Source of the DNA: a virus
Virus record (IMG/VR): IMGVR_UViG_3300010430_000022
Span: 1 to 64,000 of that record
Direction: 5' to 3' (one strand)
DNA length: 64,000 bases
Position 1 is the first letter of the stretch. The number at the start of each line of letters is the position of its first letter. A program made the position numbers and the translations under genes. This document shows, in pieces, positions 18,938 through 26,182 of the stretch. A model generated the notes under the pieces. It was not told the origin of the DNA, ran no database searches, and saw only the letters and a program-made list of their open reading frames with translations.

Positions 18938-20023
18938 ATGCCCCTTGTGTTCGGTGACAGGGTCAAAGAGACCTCTACCTCGGTCGGGCTTAGTAGCTTC
19001 GTTCTTGACGGAGCCACATCTGGGTTCCAATCGTTCGCCATCGGGATTGGCAACGGTAATCAGTGCTTCTACACCATCGAGAACGACACCGACGCCTCTT
19101 GGGAAGTCGGTATCGGGACCGTTAGTGGGACGAGCATTTCGCGTGACTCGGTCCTCAGTTCCTCGAATGGCGGCTCTCCTGTCAATTTCGCAGCCGGCAC
19201 TAAGCAGGTCTTTGCTACTGAGGCGGCCCAACACTTCAACAACACGCTCGATGTGGCGAACCACAACATTCTGGACCATACGGGCATTACGGGTGTTCCG
19301 GCTGCCGAGGTCTTCACAGGCGTCGTTCACCAGACACAAGACCACGCTGGAATCCTTGGTGTTCCGGCTGCTGAGGCTTACACGCAAGCGGCCCACGATG
19401 CTGACGATCACACTGGCGCCTCGTTGATCGCACCACCATCTACTGTTGAGGCGCAAGCTGGCGTCTCGACCACAGCGCGGCTGTGGACCGCCGAGCGGGT
19501 GAAGGACTCCATTGACGCCCTTGGCTCTGGCGCCGAGTCCTACGACCAGGCCGCTCACGACGCTGATGACCACACCGGAGCAACACTGATTGCCCCACCC
19601 TCTCAGGTTGAGGCTGAAACCGGTACTTCCACAACCGCACGACTGTGGACTGCGCTACGCGTGGCTCAGGCCATCGCGGCACAAACCGGGCTTCAGGTCG
19701 TGGCGTCCCATGTCGTTCTGACGAACACCATCACCATCGCAACTGGCTTTCTCCCAAGATTGGCCATCTTTGCGGGACGATACAACGGTCTTACAGCTAC
19801 ACCTACCATCGGATACGCCATTGGCGCTGGTGGAGGTAATCAGGGTTGTACCGTGGCCGGTGGGCTCGAATCGGTCCCTGGGTTTATCGCTGCGGACTCT
19901 GGTGGCGATGCGGTCGTTGACGAAGCGCACGAAGTTGTTCAATTCGACGCTACGCAGGTTCAAGCGACGCAGACCACAGGTACTACAACCTGGACCGGCA
20001 TCGTTTTCGTGCTGGGGGGTTAA
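18938..20023 (+). CDS. Tail fibre-like protein with His repeats (paralog of 14091)
   Basis: GDRVKET N-terminus; HxxxDHTG repeats; duplicated IAPPSxVEAxxGxSTTARLWTA units. Confidence 0.65.
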   Translation: MPLVFGDRVKETSTSVGLSSFVLDGATSGFQSFAIGIGNGNQCFYTIENDTDASWEVGIGTVSGTSISRDSVLSSSNGGSPVNFAAGTKQVFATEAAQHFNNTLDVANHNILDHTGITGVPAAEVFTGVVHQTQDHAGILGVPAAEAYTQAAHDADDHTGASLIAPPSTVEAQAGVSTTARLWTAERVKDSIDALGSGAESYDQAAHDADDHTGATLIAPPSQVEAETGTSTTARLWTALRVAQAIAAQTGLQVVASHVVLTNTITIATGFLPRLAIFAGRYNGLTATPTIGYAIGAGGGNQGCTVAGGLESVPGFIAADSGGDAVVDEAHEVVQFDATQVQATQTTGTTTWTGIVFVLGG

Positions 20024-20026
20024 TCT

Positions 20027-21958
20027 GTGGCCGGTGTCTTTCCTACTTCTGCGAGTCCCACCGCCTCAACGCCAGCGGTAGCTACACCTCCACCAGGTGT
20101 CGGAACCTTCCCTTCTATTGCGCTCTCGAATGAGTTCGTAAAGGTGCGGTGGTTTGAGCAGAACGTAGCTGAGGCAGTCAATCAACGCTGGATCGGTATG
20201 CCTCGGGGCGTCTATCTAGGGTTCATTCCGTCAACTACTCCTGGTTCCCGCGTTATCACGCTGGCTGTCGATCCAGAGCAGAACTTCTCACTACTGAAAG
20301 TGCCCTCTCGCGACGAGACGGTCATGGTCGACGTATTCACAGGTGAAAACATCGATCTCGACTTCACGGCACACAACGCTTGGCCTGTTTATGTACTCGC
20401 CTCGTCGTCCTACAAGATCGGATCACCGACGCAAGGCAAGATCTTCACTCGGGCCTCGAACGCGAACACGATTGACGAGATCGTAATCTGTCAGGTGAAC
20501 AAGGTCGGCGACGACCTGGTCATTGACATCACGGAGCCTACGAATCGACAAGAACCTGTGGCGTTCCAGGGGCAGCCTTACGGCTATATGCCTAATGGTT
20601 CCATCGATGATCTTGCGACAACGAATGCCACCGTGGCTGAGGTCATTGACGCGCGTTCGTCGACCTATACAGGTCCACACAGCGATCTCAAAGCACGTCT
20701 CGACTCAGATATGGGTGGGGCAGAAATAGCTGACCGCCTGGGTCTACGCCTCGTTCACTTGCTCTCGAACGTGCATCAAGACCGCAGTGGGACGTCCCTG
20801 AATGTATCCGGATCCTTCACGGAGACGGGTCGTGAGACAGCACCGCTCATTACCATTTCCGATAGTGGCACTGAGTTGGTCGAGGGGGCGATCACAGACG
20901 GCACTAGAGGCGTCTGCTTCCTTATCAACAGTACCACTGGACAGCGTCTTATCGACGAGGTGACTCGCGAGCCGGTCTACGGTCAACTTACCTTCTCAAC
21001 CGCCAGTATTGGAGGCGGTAAGGAAGTTCACTTCGTCAACGCCTCGACCAGCGTCAACGGAAACGGAACCAACCCCTTTGGTGCCCCACTCGTGGAAGGT
21101 GACATCGTTGAGGGACCGGATGGGTTGTTCTACGAAGTCGATACCATCGACGATCCAGACAACGCTATCCTTGGCGCAGCCTATCGCGGGCTCAACGACT
21201 TCATCTCGAACCCAGTGTTTCGACGCTGGCAGACCTTTCTGTTCACGGTGTCAGGCGGTGTCTTCAATCTCACCACTTCGACCAGCATTCAGTTCATCTT
21301 CCCGTCGTTCTTCCGTATCGATCAGGCGGTCTTCGATGGGCTTCTGCTTATCAAGCGAGACGGAGAACGTCCGCAACTTCCTGTCGCGACCGACGCAGCG
21401 GAGGGTAAAGCCCTCCTAGCTGTTGATGGTGGATTGGTCGGATCGTTCCGCACCATCAAGAACGCCGGATCTTCCATCGGCTCTGACATCCACACTCTAA
21501 ACTTCACTGTCGGTGGCGCGACAAACGCGGGGTCCGGTGTTGCTGCTGTATCTGTGGGCGGAGCACAAGGCCCTGCTGGAGCAGGCGCTAATCAAGGGCC
21601 TGACGGCCCAACTGGTGCCGCAGGATTTGGCTTCAGCCTCCAGAACACTTTTGAAGTTGGACCAGAATCCTCCGACACCAGCGGTCTTGGCGGTTCACCA
21701 GCTAGTGTGTCTTACACACACGACTGGACGGCCCCATCGTCAACACCTACCTTGGCTCCGGGATCACCACGATCCTATGCTCATGTCACCGGCGGCTGGA
21801 GCATTATCAACGGTTTTTGGCCGGGAGGCTTTGAGCGGATTCACATCGACTCCTTGACGATTGATGGTGCGAACAACACTCGAATCATCTATCGCGTGGA
21901 GCCCGCTCCTAACTTGAGCAACACGACCATTCAGTGTTATATGGGGGCGTCGCAGTGA
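20027..21958 (+). CDS. Tail/baseplate-associated protein with collagen-like segment (family C #3)
   Basis: 643 aa paralog; GMPRGVYLGFIPS; GAQGPAGAGANQGPDGPTGAAG. Confidence 0.65.
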   Translation: MAGVFPTSASPTASTPAVATPPPGVGTFPSIALSNEFVKVRWFEQNVAEAVNQRWIGMPRGVYLGFIPSTTPGSRVITLAVDPEQNFSLLKVPSRDETVMVDVFTGENIDLDFTAHNAWPVYVLASSSYKIGSPTQGKIFTRASNANTIDEIVICQVNKVGDDLVIDITEPTNRQEPVAFQGQPYGYMPNGSIDDLATTNATVAEVIDARSSTYTGPHSDLKARLDSDMGGAEIADRLGLRLVHLLSNVHQDRSGTSLNVSGSFTETGRETAPLITISDSGTELVEGAITDGTRGVCFLINSTTGQRLIDEVTREPVYGQLTFSTASIGGGKEVHFVNASTSVNGNGTNPFGAPLVEGDIVEGPDGLFYEVDTIDDPDNAILGAAYRGLNDFISNPVFRRWQTFLFTVSGGVFNLTTSTSIQFIFPSFFRIDQAVFDGLLLIKRDGERPQLPVATDAAEGKALLAVDGGLVGSFRTIKNAGSSIGSDIHTLNFTVGGATNAGSGVAAVSVGGAQGPAGAGANQGPDGPTGAAGFGFSLQNTFEVGPESSDTSGLGGSPASVSYTHDWTAPSSTPTLAPGSPRSYAHVTGGWSIINGFWPGGFERIHIDSLTIDGANNTRIIYRVEPAPNLSNTTIQCYMGASQ

Positions 21959-22554
21959 GACACTACTTTGGCTACGACATCAATGGCACTCTTCTCTCTG
22001 TTGAGGCTTACGGCCCCATCGGCTGGCCTGCTGATTACTGCATGGAAGACCCCGAGTGCCTCGCTGACTCGGTTGTCTCACTGCGCGAGAGTCGTGCCAG
22101 AAATTCCCCGGGTATCATCAATTGGGTACTCTATGACTGCCCCTGCGACCCAGGGCAGGGCGTTCTTCTGAAAGACTGCACCTGCGTCAACTCGACGTTT
22201 GGTGTGAGCTACGTGGACGTGCTGGGCAAGGCCATGCATCCCAAGCCGATGCAGACGGTCTACGTCGACACCACTGTGGTCAAGGCAGGTGACATCATCA
22301 CCAAATCCCCTGGAACTCAGATGATCCTCAAGATCACCGGTCAGGGCGTGCCGGACGGCACGATAGCTAGGTGTGCGCAGAAGGGGTCGGTTGATCTCAC
22401 GCTTGACGATGAGTGGGAGATGGTCTTTGAGCGCGGTGTTAGTACAACCAAGACGCTCACTGCCCCTGCGCAGGGGTCGCGCGGCATTGTTTCTATCTCG
22501 GGCACCTTGATCCGACCGATAACGTTCGCTGTTCGAGGGTTCGAGATGGCCTAA
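21955..22554 (+). CDS. Cys-rich hypothetical protein (possible fibre chaperone/tip)
   Basis: GTGA overlap with the upstream stop suggests a start at 21955; CPC/CTC motifs. Confidence 0.5.
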   Translation: MRHYFGYDINGTLLSVEAYGPIGWPADYCMEDPECLADSVVSLRESRARNSPGIINWVLYDCPCDPGQGVLLKDCTCVNSTFGVSYVDVLGKAMHPKPMQTVYVDTTVVKAGDIITKSPGTQMILKITGQGVPDGTIARCAQKGSVDLTLDDEWEMVFERGVSTTKTLTAPAQGSRGIVSISGTLIRPITFAVRGFEMA

Positions 22555-22556
22555 GT

Positions 22557-23381
22557 ATGAGCAATATCGACGACACGCTATCGTTGCCTGATGAAGTCGA
22601 AGTTCGGCTGTTGTCTCCTAACATGATGGTCTTGCGGAACGTCATTCCGGCGTGGCGCGACGAACTCATTCAGATCACCCAGAAACTCTCGTGCTGGAAG
22701 CACTCTGGGCAGATCCTTCCCAATGGAACGCAGAGCTACAAAGGTACGCATCGGACAAGTCGTAGTCTTATGCTCTCTTCGTCGCACCTAGATTACGGCG
22801 CGTGCTTTCGGCGTTTCGAGGAGGGGGTCTACAAGGCTTTCCTCACGGGTGTATCCGCCTACAAGCAATACAACCGGTTCCTGGACGTCACTCACGACTC
22901 AGGCTTCGAGATGCTGAGATACGAGGAGGGTCAGCACTTCGGGATGCATACCGATGCTATTTTGGGCCGACATGAGGGTTTACGGCAGCTTAGTGCTCTG
23001 ATCTACCTCAATGACGACTATGAGGGCGGTGAGACCTACTTCCCGCGTCAACAGATCAAGTTCAAGGCCAAGGCGGGGGACCTCCTGCTCTTCCCATCAA
23101 CTTTCTGCTACCCTCACGAAGCTCTACCGGTGACCAAAGGCGTAAAGTATGCCATCGTGACCTGGTTCATAGCCTATCCAAAGGTCCAAGAAGACTCTGT
23201 CGAGGAAGAACAACATGGTGAAGCAGAAGTTGACGGTGATTCTGGTCGGGCTGCTCCTGATGACGGGATGCGCCTGCACGAATCCCCCGGAAGCGGATCT
23301 CCTACGGGAGAACCGGAAGCATCTGATCGAGAGCATTCGACCAGCGCTGGTCGACTCGTTGAACAGGGCTCAGAAGCCTGA
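22557..23381 (+). CDS. 2OG-Fe(II) oxygenase, prolyl-4-hydroxylase-like
   Basis: LRYEEGQHFGMHTD (HxD), LIYLNDDYEGGETYF, PHEALPVTKGVKYAIVTW (distal His, 2OG-binding Lys). Confidence 0.9.
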   Translation: MSNIDDTLSLPDEVEVRLLSPNMMVLRNVIPAWRDELIQITQKLSCWKHSGQILPNGTQSYKGTHRTSRSLMLSSSHLDYGACFRRFEEGVYKAFLTGVSAYKQYNRFLDVTHDSGFEMLRYEEGQHFGMHTDAILGRHEGLRQLSALIYLNDDYEGGETYFPRQQIKFKAKAGDLLLFPSTFCYPHEALPVTKGVKYAIVTWFIAYPKVQEDSVEEEQHGEAEVDGDSGRAAPDDGMRLHESPGSGSPTGEPEASDREHSTSAGRLVEQGSEA

Positions 23382-23523
23382 CGGCACGCCTCTCTACATC
23401 GACGCGTTCAGGACCAAGAAGGTCGAGCTTCTAGACGAGATCATTCGTCAGAGCGCACGCGTCGCACCCACCGATGAGGATCAGGGCGAGTACGCAGCAG
23501 AGCCGCTCCCCTGGAAGGAGTAA
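23215..23523 (+). CDS. Lipoprotein
   Basis: Basic N-terminus, hydrophobic core, lipobox-like LMTG|C; own GAGG RBS; overlaps the oxygenase 3' end. Confidence 0.65.
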   Translation: MVKQKLTVILVGLLLMTGCACTNPPEADLLRENRKHLIESIRPALVDSLNRAQKPDGTPLYIDAFRTKKVELLDEIIRQSARVAPTDEDQGEYAAEPLPWKE

Positions 23524-23526
23524 AGC

Positions 23527-24012
23527 ATGGCCCTCGATGCCAAGAAGGTACTTGCTGATCTCAAGGCGGCTGCGAAGCCTGAGCTTGAGAAGCGAGCCGA
23601 GGAGCTTCGCTCCACGTTTCTGACGAACGTCGACGAGTTCGTCGATTCGTCCCGAGTCAAGGTGCTCGACGATCTCATCGCCGAAGCAGCCGAGCACGAG
23701 ATCTCAGCCGTCATGGCCGACGATCCGGATATCGCACGCCAATACGCAGAGGCCGCCGAGGACACGCTCAGGCAGGTCTCTGTGATCCTCGTCGCTGAGA
23801 AGGTCGTGGCTGAGAAGCAGATCGCAGCCATGATCCAGGCCGCTCTGCTCACCGTCTGGGACGGCTTCAAGTCCGTCGCGACCGGCATGCTCGGCGTCGC
23901 CGTCAAAGGCGTCATGACGGGGCTGCTCGGCCCGGCTGGAGGTGCTATTGCCGACGCGGCCGGGTCCTTTCTCGGAGACGCTGTCGAAGGTGACGACACC
24001 AAGCCAGCCTGA
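23527..24012 (+). CDS. Hypothetical helical protein with C-terminal Gly-rich hydrophobic segment
   Basis: 161 aa, phage-typical codon usage, RBS. Confidence 0.6.
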   Translation: MALDAKKVLADLKAAAKPELEKRAEELRSTFLTNVDEFVDSSRVKVLDDLIAEAAEHEISAVMADDPDIARQYAEAAEDTLRQVSVILVAEKVVAEKQIAAMIQAALLTVWDGFKSVATGMLGVAVKGVMTGLLGPAGGAIADAAGSFLGDAVEGDDTKPA

Positions 24013-24040
24013 TCCCATCGCAGGACACAAGGAGAGAATC

Positions 24041-24379
24041 ATGGCCAAGTTCACAGCAGCAGAGATCCAGGAGCACGCCGAGAAGGCGATGGAGGCGTTT
24101 GAGGACGGCTTCCAGTGGTCTGACGTCTTCACCCTCGTCCCTGAGGTCATGGAGATCGTCGAGAGCGTCAAGGAGATGACTGGTCCTGAGAAGGAAGAGT
24201 CGGCTCTGGCGATCATCGACTACGTGATCGACGAGACCGACACCCCCTGGATCCCGGACAACCTGACCGATCCCCTTCTCAAGAAGGGCGCCCGGTTCAT
24301 GATCCCCATGCTCATCAAGGCAACGAAGGGCGGGCTCAAGCTCAACCTTCCGTCTGGCGAAGAGACCGCCGACGCCTAA
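24041..24379 (+). CDS. Hypothetical acidic helical protein
   Basis: AAGGAGAG RBS before ATG 24041 (ORF-track start 23942 is probably too early). Confidence 0.6.
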   Translation: MAKFTAAEIQEHAEKAMEAFEDGFQWSDVFTLVPEVMEIVESVKEMTGPEKEESALAIIDYVIDETDTPWIPDNLTDPLLKKGARFMIPMLIKATKGGLKLNLPSGEETADA

Positions 24380-24411
24380 GTTCGAGAGCCTCCGCCCAAT
24401 AAGGCTCCGTT

Positions 24412-24437
24412 GAAGGCTCCGGGTAACCGGGGCCTTC
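24412..24437 (+). terminator. Stem-loop (possible terminator or processing site)
   Basis: GAAGGCTCCGG-GTAA-CCGGGGCCTTC, 11-bp stem with one G-U; weak U tail. Confidence 0.45.
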
Positions 24438-24455
24438 TGCGTGTACAATCCTTCC

Positions 24456-24905
24456 ATGACCTTGCGACGTAGATCCTTGCTTATCTTCGAGATGGATGAC
24501 CGTCTTCGAAGACAGCAACGTAACGCTGCCGCCAATCCAGGTGACGTAGACGCACAACGTGCTTTTGCGCAGAGTCGCAGGCGAGGTGCTACCACAGAGG
24601 TAAACAAGAAGCGTCCCATGCTTGGTCGAGGTCATACGGCTCGAACAGAACTACCTGACGGGGTAACGCTCTACTCCTCTTCGGTGCGACACGATGGTTG
24701 GTGGGGTGTTCATCACGGGCATCAGGAGCCTGACTCAAAGGATGTCTCAGATCACGGTCACGATCACGCACACAAGCTTGAATACGGCAAACAGGGCAAT
24801 ATCACTAAGGACGAGCCACCTCATCCCGATAAGGTGCGCGAGTTCCACGAGAAATACGTCGACCGCTTTCTAAACGGTCAAGCAAGTAGCAATCATGGAT
24901 CTTGA
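24456..24905 (+). CDS. His/Arg-rich putative internal head protein
   Basis: N-terminus MTLRRRSLLIFE; TACAAT 6 nt upstream of the ATG (leaderless-like). Confidence 0.55.
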   Translation: MTLRRRSLLIFEMDDRLRRQQRNAAANPGDVDAQRAFAQSRRRGATTEVNKKRPMLGRGHTARTELPDGVTLYSSSVRHDGWWGVHHGHQEPDSKDVSDHGHDHAHKLEYGKQGNITKDEPPHPDKVREFHEKYVDRFLNGQASSNHGS

Positions 24906-25137
24906 GCGTACCCCGTTGCTGCTCGAACGGCGCGGCCGTACCCGCCACGCGAGGCACAAGGCCGCCGATATCCTTCGGTCTCGCAGCGGTAGAACCAAGA
25001 AGCGCAAGAACCGTGGAAGGCTTTCGCGCCTGATTGCTCGTGAAATGGACACTCCACAGCGCTCTCCTCTCACTGGGCTAGCAATGGGTAACTTCACCGG
25101 AGGTATGCCTGGCGGCGGGATCATCAAGCACGCATGA
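24895..25137 (+). CDS. Basic putative internal head protein with RTPLLLE leader
   Basis: MDLERTPLLLE followed by an Arg/Lys-rich body. Confidence 0.65.
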   Translation: MDLERTPLLLERRGRTRHARHKAADILRSRSGRTKKRKNRGRLSRLIAREMDTPQRSPLTGLAMGNFTGGMPGGGIIKHA

Positions 25138-25490
25138 TCCGCCAGACGCTTCTAGTTGAGACCTTGGTCACCAGGACGATCACCCGTAGGGGCCCGGTGT
25201 TCATGTATCGCCGCCCCCAGGGCCCACCTGTCACTAGCGATGATTCGATTGATCGGTGGCTGCACAAGACCACTCAAGCCTTTGACTTCTCGCCGATGTT
25301 CAATGGGGATCAATATCAGTCGAGGATCGTCGCAGAGCGCTATCTAGCACACCTCAAGAAGGAATCTGCCCGAGAAGGCATGGACTGGGGAGAGGTTGCT
25401 AGTCGCCTCAAGCAGATCAGTCCTCACCTCCGCCGTGGCTTCCAGACCTTCTTCTCGTTCTTTGATGCGTCTGTTCGCACAAGCGGCTAA
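25134..25490 (+). CDS. Hypothetical protein with TLLVE leader
   Basis: ATGA/TAATG coupling to both neighbours; MIRQTLLVE. Confidence 0.55.
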   Translation: MIRQTLLVETLVTRTITRRGPVFMYRRPQGPPVTSDDSIDRWLHKTTQAFDFSPMFNGDQYQSRIVAERYLAHLKKESAREGMDWGEVASRLKQISPHLRRGFQTFFSFFDASVRTSG

Positions 25491-26179
25491 TGCTCGACGC
25501 TGAGACCCTTATCACCACGCTCGCCGGGCCACGTCCCATCAGCGATTTCATTGATAAGGGTCCAGTCCGAATCTTCACCTGGAATGGTGAACGGGTCACT
25601 GTCGGAGAGGTCGAGGTCAAGGACTCGACGCGTCTGGTCATTCCGTTCCGCGTAGAACTCGATGACGGCTCAAAGCTTGTGCTCTGCACCGAGACACTGG
25701 TCTTGCTCAGGAACGGGGCCCCTAGGTTCCCAGAGCAGCTTGTCTCTGAGACTTCGTTGCTCCCCCTCTACACGAAGAGCGATTCGTCGGGCTATCCGGT
25801 CTACCAAGAACCTGGCGAGTGGCACCGAGCAGCCTTGACGCCCAGCGACCGCAATCGTTGGCGACGCGTCAGCCGCATGGTGGCTGAATGGAAACTGGGA
25901 CGAAGATGCGCGCCAGGAGACGTAGTTTCCTACGTTTCAAAGGACCGAATGGACTGTTCTCCTGAGAACTTGAAGTTCCATCGGAAAGAACGAAAGAAGA
26001 CCGAGAAAAAGGTCGGGTTTGCCGAACCGCTCTTCGAAGCGCAGCGGTTTCTCGACAGGTACAATCACAAGGTAGTCCGCACCTACCTTGACACTAGCCG
26101 TAGTTTGCTGTCGATTAGAGGTTTAGGAACGGCTAACCTATCGGTTGGCGGAGTCTTCGTCTCCGTAGACCCGGAGTAA
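25490..26179 (+). CDS. Free-standing degenerate intein (Hint) protein with decayed HNH insert
   Basis: MLDAETLITTLAGPRPISDF (block A-like), FRVELDDGSKLVLCTET (block B-like, no His), RMVAEWKLGR...DCSPENL (HNH-like), NHKVV...ANLSVGGVFVS (block F/G-like, no HN). Confidence 0.7.
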   Translation: MLDAETLITTLAGPRPISDFIDKGPVRIFTWNGERVTVGEVEVKDSTRLVIPFRVELDDGSKLVLCTETLVLLRNGAPRFPEQLVSETSLLPLYTKSDSSGYPVYQEPGEWHRAALTPSDRNRWRRVSRMVAEWKLGRRCAPGDVVSYVSKDRMDCSPENLKFHRKERKKTEKKVGFAEPLFEAQRFLDRYNHKVVRTYLDTSRSLLSIRGLGTANLSVGGVFVSVDPE

Positions 26180-26182
26180 CCT

